Source of the DNA: Podarcis liolepis
Taxonomy: Eukaryota
NCBI GenBank assembly: GCA_965112155.1
Contig: OZ218101.1
Direction: 5' to 3' (one strand)
Length of the DNA stretch: 64,000 bases
The notes beneath the pieces were generated by a model. It ran no database searches and was not told the origin of the DNA. It was given only the letters and a program-made list of their open reading frames with translations. This document shows positions 1-12,405 of the stretch, one piece after another; positions within the stretch are counted from its first letter, which is position 1, and each line of letters opens with the position of its first letter. Made by a program: the position numbers and the translations under genes.

Positions 1-130
1 CAACCCTGTGGTGTAGGTTAAGGTGAGAGTAGATGACGTGCTCAAGGTCACCCTGTCTGCTTCATGGCTGAGGGTTCATGAACCCTAGTCTTCCAGGTCT
101 TTGTCTGACACTCTAACCGCTACATCACCC
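1..130 (-). mobile_element. Degenerate MIR/CORE-like tRNA-derived SINE fragment
   Basis: caaggtcacc core and reverse-complemented head (ctctaaccgctacatcac); same family as 40270-40495 and 40880-41085. Confidence 0.6.
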
Positions 131-604
131 CAGAGTAGCAATGCAGCAGACTATTGCACTGTAATTCTACCTATGAACATATGAAATGTGAGAGAGACTA
201 TACTTGGAAGACTTAGAAGTCACCAGCACTTATAAAGAAAAAAAAATCAATTTGGCTAAATCATTCTGCCTGCCCCCTGCACTGCCTTTTCCTACTTGCC
301 ACCCCACATGAATATGTAGATTAAGTTGGTTCATTTTTAGTGCTTCCTATTCATCACAAGCTGATTGCTCCTCCATTTCTCATTACTGTAATAAGGCTCT
401 AAAAATCAAAGTCATCCCTCACTCCATGGAAGATAGTCCAGACCAGACAGCTGCTTCCTTCAAAGACTTTCTCTCTTCTTTCTCGCTTCAGCCTCCTCAG
501 GGAGTTGAAGGGGATGCAGGGCTGTGTGGGGTACCAACTGTGAACTATTCATCATGGATCTTCTCTCTAAGGAGCCATCTACCTTGAACCATTTATTAAC
601 AGGA

Positions 605-606
<2 letters not shown>

Positions 607-650
<44 letters not shown>
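607..650. repeat. (GT)22 microsatellite
   Basis: Read directly. Confidence 0.98.
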
Positions 651-651
<1 letters not shown>

Positions 652-1049
652 GCTGTAGAAATAAATCTGCATGGGGGACACCAGATGCATCACATAGCTT
701 GTGTTAATTTATTAAAGTGTGTTGGGAATTTGGTAGAGGGGGTTCAGCACAAATGAAGCTGTGAGAATGAAATTTCATAAATAAACATTAGAATAAGTGG
801 CTAAGGGGCAAAGTAAAAGCAGACATGCCTAGGAAATCCAAAGCAATGGGGGATACCGTGTTTGTCTCTTACATTGCTACCCCATGCATCCTGACAATAC
901 GGAATTGTTAAAAACAAAAAGGGATAGCGAAGAGCTCCGAAAGGACCTCTCCTGAGGGAGTGAATGGGCAGTAAAATGGCAAATGCAATTAAATCTAAGC
1001 AAGTGTAAAGTCAGGGAAGAAAAATCGTAATTTCGCATGTGCTTTCCTG

Positions 1050-1727
1050 GGGTCTGTACTGGCATTGACTGGCCAGGAACAAGACTTTGGGGTCACAGTG
1101 GATAGCTCAAGGAAGATGTCAATGCAGTGTGAAGCAGCTGTGGAAAAGGCAAGTTCCGTGCTACGGATCGTAAGGAAAATGATTGAAAATAAAACTGCTG
1201 ATGTCATAATGCCATTATACAAATCTATGGTGAGACCACACTTACTGTCTATTCATCTGGTTGCCTCACCTTTAAAAGGATATTCTAGACAAGGGTTCAG
1301 AAAGGGACCACCAAGGTGATCAAGGGGTTGAAGCGACTCTCCTATGAGGGAAGGCTACAACATTTGGGACTTCCTAGTTAAGAGAAAATGTGAGTAAGAG
1401 GCAACATTATGTATGGTATGGAAAAAGCAGACACATAAAATATTTCCTTCCTCTTTCATAACACTAGAACTTGGGAACATTGAATGAATCTAAATCTTGG
1501 AAGATTCAGGACAGATAAAAGGAAGTACTTCTTCACAAAGCAGATAATTTCATTTCCACAATGATGGCTATGTTCTACTTTCAGGGCTGGAGGCAGTACG
1601 CTTCTGAATACCAGTTGCTGGAAACTGCAGCAGGCTTCTCATAGGCATCTGGGGGCCACTGTGAAAACAGGATGCTGGACTAGATGGGAACATTGGCCTG
1701 GTGCGGAACGTTTTTTCTTAAGTTCTG
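1050..1727 (+). mobile_element. CR1 LINE 3' fragment (ORF2 C-terminus and 3' UTR), decayed
   Basis: ORF 1065..1319 DFGVTVDSSRKMSMQCEAAVEKAS...MPLYKSMVRPHL matches the CR1 ORF2 C-terminal motif; followed by a frameshifted remainder and a CR1-type tail. Confidence 0.9.
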
Positions 1728-2687
1728 TTGCTTACTCAGACATAAGTCACACTGCATTCCATGGTGCTTACTCCAAGGGAAGTGTGTGTACAGTTGCAGC
1801 CACAATTAAAATGAGAAGCAAGATTTCCAGGAAAAAAATAGCAGGTATATAGGTTGGTGGTTTGGGGGGCTTGGATGATAGCTTGAAAACAAAACAAAAC
1901 ACTTGCGTTGTGATACCACAGGACCCAGAAACCCAAGTTTTCCTTTCATATCAAGCTAAAGTTACACATTGTATGATTTTGAAAGTCTAACAAATGAAAA
2001 GCAGCTAGCCTGCCAACATAGAGAACTCATTTGCACAACTGCTTTGTCCAGCTGAAATTTGCCCAGTTTTGGTTCACGGAACCTGTGCTGACTTAGTATT
2101 TGCTTGTTTGCTCTTAAAGAGGCTGCCAAGTCCTATGTTTACGCAGGAGTGGGCTATCCTGTGCCAAAAAAATAAAAATACAAAATCCCATCTCTGTCCC
2201 TGGATTGTGTGTTTCCTGCCCGGTAGTTTTGGTTAAGACAAAATGCCTATCGTGTGATCACTGGTCCAAGTGGGCCCACAAGTGAGCTGGCAAGAGCCCC
2301 CATCAAAGGAAGTGGAAAATGGCAACAGCACATATCTGGACTGATCCTTGTAAGGGCCAGAGGTAACAGTGCTCCTGAAATATGATCACGAGTGTTCTGA
2401 AAGATGGCAGTCCAGCCACCCTTTTGGAGGTGTTAATGCTGTGAACCCCTTCATCATGGCCTCAGGTTGTATATACGTGTAAATAAACCAAATATCATAA
2501 TGACACCACAGACTCCGCTGTGCCTCATTTCCACAGACTCCAAGTAAACGCCTGGAACCCCTGGAATCTCGCACAGCTCAGAGATTGGAGGGGCATGCAA
2601 CAATGAAAAGTGTAAATTACTTTAGCCGTACATGGTGCTCTCGGTTTTCCTTGTTGAATTTCACCCTCTTCCTGACTCTGAAGTTTA

Positions 2688-2855
2688 AGGTGGCTAGGTG
2701 CAAAAGAGGACAGGGCTCCTGAACTTTTAATAGCTATGTAGTAGAGGGAATTGCTGCTAGTGTAACCTATCCTGTAAGATTCACCTGCTGAAATTCCCTC
2801 TTCTGTGGCCTATTAAATGTGGAGCAGCCCTGCCCTCTTTGCATCTGGCCCCCCT
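2688..2855. mobile_element. Palindromic non-autonomous DNA transposon (hAT-like MITE), degenerate
   Basis: ggtgcaaaagaggacagggctcc ... gccctgccctctttgcatc imperfect inverted ends. Confidence 0.55.
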
Positions 2856-3011
2856 CCTGGGTAGCCTTGTAATGTACATATGCCACAAGGAATGGGGAGC
2901 TTTCTGCAAGGTGCACAGTGCCATAAAACCCCACTTGCACAAGCAACCCTACAAAGAGCTCAGCACTCTCTCACAGTTGAGGCTGTTGAAAGGGTTTTTT
3001 TATGAGGTGTT

Positions 3012-3102
3012 GGCTGCAGTTTGATGCACACTTCCCTAAGAGTAAGTCTCACTGAAATCTGCAGGACTTACCTCTGAGTAAACATGCTTAGACAGGGGCT
3101 GC
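3012..3102. mobile_element. Short hairpin-type MITE (tttactcagaagtaag family); related copies near 17900, 34320, 44260, 52770, 55580, 56420 and 57600
   Basis: Imperfect palindrome gagtaagtc...gacttacctc; recurrent in this window. Confidence 0.55.
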
Positions 3103-6100
3103 ATGGGTATTAGGCAATCCCTCTTGGCCATTGAGGAGGTTTGTTTGTTCTTCTAATAGAACCCAGATTCCAGCAGAGCGAGACCATTCTCTCCTGAAAG
3201 GCAAGCAAATAGCTGAGAAATGCCATAAATTGCAAGAATTCAACTTAAGGGCGCAAGAAAACATGATCTGCATTAAAACTACCTTTCTGTCATGCACTAC
3301 TTTCTTTGAGGAAAGTTCTCAGTGGGAGCTCAATCTTTTATCTCTGACTAAAGAAAAACGTATGGGGGGGGGGGTTGAATAAAGCAATTTCAGCTGGTTT
3401 TAATTTGCCCAGAAGGGAAAAGTGCATATTTCCCAATATAAACATGATTTTTTAAAAAAACAAAAAACTTGAGAAAGTACATGCTATGGAGAGTTTTATT
3501 TAGAATTATGTTTTACACACTGGTACTGTGAGGTTTCTCCCACCCCGTCCCCCTGAAATATTTCCCCTCCAGGCTGTGAAGGAAGTTTGGCTCCAGTGGA
3601 AACTTTGTAAACCTGAAAAGAACAGCTCAGAACGAGCTGCTTCGATGCCAGCCCCCAAAAGACTTTGCCAACACAAACCCCTTTCCGTTTACTAGGACTT
3701 CCATGAGTGCAGCATTTTAACAATCAAGCTGATCCTTAGGAAAATCAAAATCATTATCAAACATTCTTTGTAAACAGTTTAAGGTTCAGCATGAGAGAAA
3801 TTAGGCTGTCAGTTAACCAGCTATGTGGGACCTATATATTGAGCGATCCTCATAGGGTTGCCAGCTGGCCGGAAAAAATAGCAACCCCTCCGGTGCCTCC
3901 TCTGGTGCCTTTAAGGGCTGCCTGATCTCAAACCTCAGCCAGGGTAAAACTTTTCACAGAGTGGAGATGCCTGCTAATTATCAGCAGATTAAATTGTTTC
4001 TAAAGGTATTTGAGGGGAAAGGGGGCTAAAAAGTTGACAACTCTGACCAGTCACAAGTTCTTCCACAACTTCCATGTCCTCCCCAGTAGACCTGGGACCT
4101 GGTTTCCCACACTCCAATTTCTTACACAGGTGGTCACTTGCACATTGCCCCCAAAATGTTCATACATCACTTAGGGGGCAGGACACAGGAAAAAGACACA
4201 AACTGTGTTCCATGTTGAAGGAAGGGCAGGGTGGGAAAGTGATTTAAGAAACAATGAAGCAATGAAAGCCTTTTAAATTGCTGTTGAAACTTATGCTTTT
4301 AGATTTGGCCGAATTGAATCTACTGTGAGGAAGAAATAAAAATGCTAAAGTGGTTTAAATGCTACAAAAAGGATTAAAAATTTGGGCTGTAAGAAAGGGA
4401 GGTTTCCTTCTTTCATGGGAGAGACGATTACCCTTCTTGGGTAATTGGGGGGGATCATGAAGGGGGGGAAGCAACTTCAGCCTGCAGCCAACTCAGATTG
4501 GCTGTCATCCCATTTACTACACGATCCCTAATTATCTGGGAATGCCTATGTCACTTGCTACAAAATGGTGGCACAAGCAGCACAGCAAGTTGGGGAAACA
4601 GTGACAAACCATCAGTGAACAAGGTGAACTTCATATAATTTCATAGGAGTTTTTTAATAAGCTCTTTTGAAACCACCACCTTTGCCTTTAAAAAAGAGAG
4701 GAGCAACCCTATTAATGGTGGTGATGGTGACAGTGATGGATTAGTATAAGACCAAATCCCTCCCTGGCCATTAAATTCACATAATGGCCTTGGAAAATCA
4801 CTATATCTTCAGAAGTATTTTCCAGACCTGGAAGCCATGAGGACTGACATCCAAACATGCCAAACAGCCAGTGGCAAAGCTATAACACTGGTTTTCTACC
4901 TTTGCAGGGCACTGCACACATCTTTAATTCCAGTATTGTGCCCAACGTTTAATTTGCAGTAAATTCTACACATGCTGCTAGATTCTCATCGCCACCTAAT
5001 CAAAGGGCTGCTTGGGCTAGAAATCAGCCAGATTGCCTTATTTCCCCCACTCTAGCCAACAGCGACCAGATGAATGACTGTGAGAATATGAACCATACCC
5101 TTGTGGTTAAAGAAAAAGAGAGCCATAAAGTGTTTTGTACACCAAAGCTTAAATAGAAATTTTGCAGATAAAAGATGCCTGCCCTCGGTGTGTTTACATA
5201 ACAGACTCTGACTGGGTGCTGTTCTACAAGGATAAGAAGAGAATAGGGTGTGTGGAAATAAGGGAAAGGAGGGGGTCCTTAAAGAAATCCACATATGTCC
5301 CATCCCATCACCTCCCATTTTCAGCCAAATCATGGTCATGCACTCCTAATATCCCTCAAAATACAGTTGTTATGGGAGCAATCACAAAAGGTAAAGGGTT
5401 GCTTCCCCTCTGGTAAGCCAAGTACTAGAATGCAGTATAGGGAATTATGGATTTCGGAGAACAGTTCAATGTGGGTTTCCAATACCTTTGAAACGAGCAG
5501 TGAATCTTATAGGCTTCTAGGGGCTTTTCAAAAGCCATGTGTCAGCCAAGCAATTATTCACAAATTCCATTGCCATTCCCAAGTATTTGTGGAGTTGTGG
5601 GGAAAGTATGTGGATATTTCTCTGAATTTTGATTCCCTCCTCCCCCACCGGTTTTGAGTGTGTAGCTCAGTCATTAATTCTGGGGAAAAAAAGGATGAAT
5701 CAGATGCCCTCTTCAAGGTCAGTAGTAAAAGGCTAGGCAGCCATAGCGCTCTTTTCAGGCACATTTTCTTTGGGGTTGAGGATGAACAATGTGTTAATGT
5801 CTCCAGCCCCACCCCCCAACCCAAACTTGTTAGCAAAACAGCAAACTGCTCAGCTGTAAAGGTCACCAGAATATTAATTCATTGGGCTGCCAACCCTTCT
5901 GATGCAGAGAAGGCGCTGTGTGAAGCAGAGCTAGCCATTTGCACTGCTGGGAACATAAACTGAAATATGGGCTTTATATTCCTCTTGTTTTCATTGGAAT
6001 TCTCTTCAAGCTCCTCCCCTATCACCTGGAGAAACATCTTCCAGTGCCCAATGAATTCACTGGAGGTAGTTTCAGCCAATGCCAACATTTTCTCAAGCAG

Positions 6101-6964
6101 CAGAGATTCCGTTTGCCTGAGGCAAACTCCCCCACCAACCTCCTTCCGAGCATGACCATACCGGCACTATTTTTTTAATAAGGCAGTGCCAATGAGTTCA
6201 ACTTCAAAACAAAGTTTGCAAAAAGGTAAGAGCACTCTATCCCACTTTTCCCTGATGTTGATGTTGACAAGTTCTGGGCAGCCAGATAAAAGGCTGTCTT
6301 TATACTAATATACTGTTCAGATCAACATTACATCATCACCATCCACATGTAATAAAATCTAATTTGGAGTTTACCGGCAGAGTCCAGCTCTCCCACTGTG
6401 ATTCTAGACTTATGTTTGGTCTCTAACCCTCCTGAGACACTAACTATATTTTGACCTGTTTGCCGGATGGTACAGACCACAGTGTTGATGCATAACAGGA
6501 ACACGCCTGCTGCTGCCACTGTTCTGTGTCATGGACGTTGAGGTAAGCTGGCATGCATAAAGTCAGATCCTGCTGCTTATCTGTTTTCAGGTCATAAATA
6601 TTGCGGGGCTGATTCTAGCTATATTAATTTGCTTTGGACTTGCTGCAAGCGTTTCCTTCCTTGTGTTCTTCTAGCACTCTTAGACAATTTGTCATAGCTC
6701 AGGATTTCTGTTATAACCCCACAGCCCTTCCAAAATAATTTACATCCTTTGGCAGGTGTAGGATTGGAGATACATCCGACCTTCATAAAATGGGAACATT
6801 GCGCGCGCGCCCCTTGCTGAGGCCTGCCAAGCTGTTCAGAACCTATTAGCAGTATCCAAATATTAACTCAGAGTTTTACAAAGCATCCCTGAGTCTTACC
6901 CTGGTGTGTTAATGACACTATGGATGTGTCCACACTACAGTTTAGAGTGGATTTAACGCATTCC

Positions 6965-7414
6965 ATGTATGCATGTTTTTCTCATTGTCCAGGATGTCAA
7001 TTTCGGGTCTATCCAATTTCTCATTTTTTTCCAGTCTTAAATTCTGTTCTCCACATTTCTGCCGCAATTTGAGAATTTTGTTTTCAAAAATCCTCACGAA
7101 AAATATTCTAATGAAATATCTCCTAATAAACATATTTGTTTGTAGTTTTGATTAATGTACACGCCTTTGCAATTTCTCCAAATGTAAAGCATTATCATAT
7201 GTTATTTTCACTAATATATTCATGCTGTGTACACTTTCCCCTAATCTATGCATCTTTGAAAACATCATTTGGTTGGTGAATTGCATTGCAAAATTCAGAG
7301 AGGTGAGAATTCTGAAGGCCAGCTGTGCTTCTGGTCTCATACTGTTTCGAAAAGTGCAAGTATGATAGACCCAGATTTACACGTGAAATAAATTGTATTT
7401 CTCCACCATGCCTA
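6965..7414. mobile_element. Probable non-autonomous DNA transposon remnant; related fragment near 33680-33850
   Basis: Shared internal sequence (ttttcagtcttaa...ccacat...ctcctaata) at two loci. Confidence 0.4.
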
Positions 7415-7489
7415 GCCTGTACTTTCCTCCCATTATTCTTCAGATAATCAGATTAGGAAAAATAAGCCATTCCTCATCCACACACCACA

Positions 7490-7742
7490 GGGAAGCCAGT
7501 GTGGTGTAGTGGTTAAGAGCGGTGGACTCGTAATCTGGTGAACTGGGTTCGCTTCCCTGCTCCTCCACATGCAGCTGCTGGGCGACCTTGGGCTAGTCAC
7601 ACTTCTCTGGAGTCTCTCAGCCCCACTCACCTCACAGAGTGTTTGTTGTGGGGGAGGAAGGGAAAGGAGATTGTTAGTCGCTTTGAGACTCCTTAGGGTA
7701 GTGATAAAGTGGGATATCAAATCCAAACTCTTCTTCTTCTTC
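7490..7742 (+). mobile_element. Near-intact tRNA-derived SINE with (TTC)n tail
   Basis: A box TGGTGTAGTGG, B-box-like GGTTCGCTTCC, CORE-like gaccttgggctagtcac, 3' tcttcttcttc tail. Confidence 0.85.
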
Positions 7743-10164
7743 ACAGTCACTGCTGGGTGGATGATTCTTCGGCAATCTCTCACTGCCCAGAATCTTAATA
7801 GGAGGCCTGGTGTCAAGAGTGGAAGACCCAGCAGAACCAGCACCAACCACCAGCAGGCTGAGAAGCAGCAACAGCCAACACTGGCAATGAAAAATGCCTC
7901 TCCAAGCTGGCATGGCCTTTCTTGAATGGGTAAACCCATCTTCTGTGCCACACTGCCATATCACCCAGATGGAGCGGGCAGGTAAGCAGAGTGAGTCTGC
8001 TTCTTGCCATGGTCATTCAGTTGCTCACTCAAGGGACGTGAAGGAGGTACTGGTGGGTTAGGACTTGGAGGATGAGGGCATAGGTGTCCCAAAACCATTT
8101 TGCTGAGAGCCACCCCATCCCACAAATAGACCCAATCTGTCCGGTTTAATAGTAGGTTGTAGGGTTCACTTTTGATTGGAAAACCTGATTGGCCTTTCAC
8201 CGTATCAGCACTGAAATCTGGAACCAGATAAAATCCCTCTGTGGCTGTATGTGGTTGTGTGAGCTGCTAACTGGCTACCCCCCTGCAAAGTCAATGAATT
8301 CATCTCAATGCATGCCGAGTGGGACCTTTGAGACCTTTCAAGTGGTTTGTATCTGACCTTGCTGAGCAGGCCTGAGAACATCAGCCAGTGTTACTGAATG
8401 TGAAGTGTTCGCATGCATTTGTATGATGCCCTGGGAACAAGTTATTTGGATGATGCAGCTGTTCTTCTCAGAACATAAAACCCAAGGAGTTTGAAGAGAA
8501 GTTGAATTAATTTTTTTAAAAAAACTTGTACATTAAATCATGCCAGGGGCAGGGAGAATGAAAAGAGGCTATTTCTGGGTGGCTTGCTTCTGAGGTAGTT
8601 AATCCTTTGGCTGCTAAAAGAGCAATCCCCATGGTAAAGATAAGAATACTCTAAAGGCCATGAAGGCCCCAGAGGTCAAAAACATGAATCTCAAAAGCAG
8701 CTTAAAAGAAGGCTTATTTCATGGAAACAAGCTCAGCCAAAATGGCAAAGCCTAACAGAAACAGTGGTGTTAAGCATTGTGCATTGTTTGTAGGAGAATC
8801 AGATGGAAAGAAATGGCGCAGATCAAACGGGGGGGGGGCAAATGAAGTTAGGTTGATTTGTAAAGCTCAGTCATTTTGGGTCATCAGCACATCAAGCAAC
8901 ATTATGAATGTATTTTCGCAAAGCACAATTACATTCCTAGCTGACTGACTGCTTGACGGAATGAAGCTGTGACATGTTATGGAAGATGCTTCGCTATTTC
9001 AATCATTGTTTTTAAATATCAGAGAAGGCTTGGTTTTCTTTTCAGCTGGTCTCGTTAACCATCCTCTCTGTTCTGAACAAAAAGGAAATTCATTCTTCCT
9101 ATAAAGGAGATGTCTTATTAGCTCTCAGGTTGTCATTCACGGCCATACTTCAGCCACACCATTCACTATTCTGTGAAAGTGGGGAAAGGATGGTGAGGCA
9201 CAGTTAAAGGGGACCCATAAATTCATCTGAATTTTCGTTGTTTAAAGGCTGCTATGCAACTCAAACTGTGTATTGACAAGGGCAGAGGAATTTGGGGTGT
9301 GATTTCTCTCTGCCAATATATCTATCAGATATATGCAGTGGGGGGGGGCTGCAATGAGAAGCAGAATGCACACACCACCACAACCAGACCACCTGGGTCA
9401 TGGAGAAGATGGAGGAGCTCCAGATGGGTCTGAAGAATTCGTTGTTATTTATACAGCCAGCATAAATGTTTTTCCCGAGATAACATTTCTCCTGGTATAT
9501 TGGGACCACCAACAAAAGGAGGAGGGACTGAAATCTTGCCGCGTTAATAGCAGTGGTGTTTATGGCTTTGGCATTTATTAACTTGTGGGAGCTGTTTATT
9601 GGTCCATAAAATTTACTAATGGGGATATTATCTGTAAATTATATGCTTCCTCTACTGTTCAGGTTATTTATAGTGGCATAGTTATAGTTTATCACCATTT
9701 ACTGGCATAAATCCCATAAGGGGACTTTAATTGCAAATTGCTTGTTTATGCTGTGAATAAACTACAGCAGTAATGTACAATATGTTGCGCATGCACATAT
9801 ATACTTCCTTACACAACTACCTCCCTCCACTTTATATTATACTTCTATAGTACAGTCACAAAAATCAACCTGGACCCTATGCAAACTCTTATCTTTATAA
9901 ACAGAGGCTTACATGGCATTTAAGCCAGCACTTCAGTGCATTGCAGAAAGCAGGAGTGAATGTTTTCTGTAACAGGAGCAGACAGAATAGTCTGGCCCAA
10001 ATTCAAAGCCCTCTGGAGAAATTGGTGTCATTTAAATTGATTCCAGTGGGCTTTGAAACTGGTCAATGCCCAAGTTTTAAACGTCTCATACACAAGATGT
10101 GAGGACATTTCATGAGGGCAATCTAGTGTGAGAGTCAGTGTGATGTAGCAACTGCAGCAGGACT

Positions 10165-10290
10165 GATGTAGTGTCTCTAGATGTGGTTGGAGTTCCAACT
10201 CCCATCAGCCCTAGCAAGCACTGCCAACCATCAGGGATGATGGTAGTTGTAGTTCAGCAACATATGGAAAGCATCACATTGGCTAGTACC
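10165..10290. mobile_element. Degenerate hAT MITE, same family as 61823-61958
   Basis: caactcccatcagcccta...agggatgatggtagttgtag palindromic core. Confidence 0.7.
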
Positions 10291-10779
10291 ATAAAGCTCA
10301 CCCTTGGTCAGCCAAATTATCTCCTTAACCTATGTCACTGGCTTATTTGTTGTGATGTTATTTTATCACCTTTCCACTCTGAATACAATGCACTCAAGGT
10401 GGCTAATGTCATACTGAAAAACAATACATCTACAATGAAAAGAGAGAGAAAAACAATGGTATATCGCCTAGTTTATCCCCTAGTTTGAAGCTCTTCAAGC
10501 TTCTGGTCACAGTCCAATCAACTAGAGATGCATATAGTATTTCTGAATTTGATTTAGCTAGGTAACCTGCTTGACCAAATGCACACAAACATTTGTGAGC
10601 TTCTCCTTAGGCTGTTTTACTCTAATTGTTCCACAAGTTTGCTGATGATAAACCAAGGACTGTAACCAGCGATTTTTTGTGATATTGGTTTATTGTTATT
10701 TGTGCTCTTCCTTTTAGTTTCCTGGACTTGTAACTTTATTTCCAAGCAAAATTCCATGTCGGCAAAACAGTCGCAATCA

Positions 10780-11110
10780 ATAAAACTTTGAAGAGAGCAG
10801 ATACAAGAACTCAAAGGCAAGGGATACAAAGCAAGACAAAAAGAAACACAAACAGTACCAGATGATTCTTAATATAAAGAAAGCAAAGCATAAAAGTACA
10901 TTGTCAATTTTATGTTTCCAATAATGAATAAAAAAGCAAAATTCTCTAAATTTCTTGAATAATGGAAACCTTTCTTTAATTCGCTTGTAATTAGTGGTCT
11001 TCAAAAATCTGCCCACATTCCAAATTCCAGTTGTATATTCATAAATGCTTGGAACAGAAGTGCTTTTCCAGTTAGGAGCTATCATGACCCTTTCCTGGCT
11101 GCACAAACTA
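10780..11110 (-). mobile_element. L1-like LINE 3' fragment
   Basis: ORF 10777..11208 contains RVMIAPNWKSTSVPS...GIWN...FFIHY, resembling the non-mammalian L1 ORF2 C-terminus, followed by a T-rich 3' UTR. Confidence 0.6.
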
Positions 11111-12237
11111 TATATGAAAAATGACCAAATTGCAGTTTTCCACCCCCACCCCCAATAAACCAGACAAGAAGTTGGCCAATAGGTCAAAAGAAAACTTATA
11201 ATTTGCAATATCTTTTCTACTTTCTATCATTTGCCCACCTTGAGATTTCTTTGTTTTTGGATAATACCATAAATGCGTATCTTATCTGCCACAGTCTTAC
11301 CACATCTCCAAGTTAGAGTTTCAAATGCCACAAATTATGTTTTAGATTTTTTTTCTATTACCATATAGATATTAATACTGAGAGAACATTGTTATATTTG
11401 TCGTGGGACTGCATAATTAAAATTTATTCCCAACTATGATAGAAGTCTCTTTGCAAGAACCTTTTTTCTTCTTTCACAGGGAAGCATTCAAGCGCACAAG
11501 CCCTTACCAGAATCTGAAGCTGCAGAACCAGGAAGTGTGCTTTCACTTCATCTGGCATTTGCTAAAACTAGATCATAATGGGGCAATTTGCAGCCCTTAC
11601 AACCACAAAGTCAGATCACTCAGGACACTCAGATCTGTAAGCCGCTACTTGCAGATCTGGAATGATACTGCAAGGCACAAGACTGCCATCTGAGAGAGGA
11701 CTAGGCCTGTGTCCAAGCTCAAAGTAACCTATCATGTTTTTATTATGAAAGCCATCCTAATGCAAAAGTGTCTGTATCTTTTCCAAGTTGCATAAAAGGC
11801 AAGGGTTTTGCCAGGCACATCTTTTCTGAGTGAAGATATGCAGTGATGAGAGGCTGGTCAAATTGTTTCTTCTATGCGGCTTTTAAAGGGTCAGGAGTCG
11901 TGTCAGGGTCTGGATCAGCATGGCCACTATCCCCAAGTAACTTGTAAGAAAACAGAAGGGCAGCAGAGTCTGGCTGTGTGCTTGTGGTGGTGGTGAGGGA
12001 CATGCTCCTTAGCTAGAAACTTCACAAAAACATTTGGAAACCAGTTATCCAGTGCTCACTGCACATATAACAACCGAGAGTAAAGGTAAATTTAAATGAT
12101 TTTAATTGTGAAAGTGCATGTACAGTACAGTCTATTGAAGTTTGAAAGAATTACAAAAGTATCTAAATTATATTTCTACAATAAAGTAAAAAAAACCAAA
12201 AACTTACATTTCCCCAAAAATCTATAACTGTGATTCT

Positions 12238-12243
12238 TTTATT
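12238..12243 (-). terminator. Candidate EFHC2 polyadenylation signal AATAAA (alternative ATTAAA at 12101-12106)
   Basis: tttatt on the + strand about 64 nt past the stop codon, in an AT-rich 3' UTR. Confidence 0.45.
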
Positions 12244-12306
12244 TAAAAAAGCATGTACAGTAAGTCTCCAGAGAAAGGAAGTTGCAACATTTATCTGAAA
12301 GAGGTG

Positions 12307-12405
12307 CTAAGAATCTTCATTACCAAAGAGATCCACCATGAGAGGTAAGTATTGAACCTTCTTCACTGGAAGGGTCGGTGGCTCCCCTCTCCATTCATCT
12401 TCATA
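12307..12405 (-). CDS. EFHC2: EFHC2 exon 15, coding part (99 nt): [32 protein letters not shown]
   Basis: ttttag|TAT... ends in TAG at 12307-12309; resembles the EFHC2 C-terminus. Confidence 0.92.
   Translation of the reverse strand, partial: YEDEWRGEPPTLPVKKVQYLPLMVDLFGNEDS

Noticed and set aside
7490-7565. tRNA gene
   Set aside because: A and B boxes continue into a SINE body and (TTC)n tail; no proper cloverleaf
7448-7951. 167-aa ORF and overlapping ORFs
   Set aside because: They run through a SINE and have no recognisable domain
1-12000. NDP exons
   Set aside because: No cystine-knot (Norrin) coding sequence detected; only synteny suggests that it is nearby
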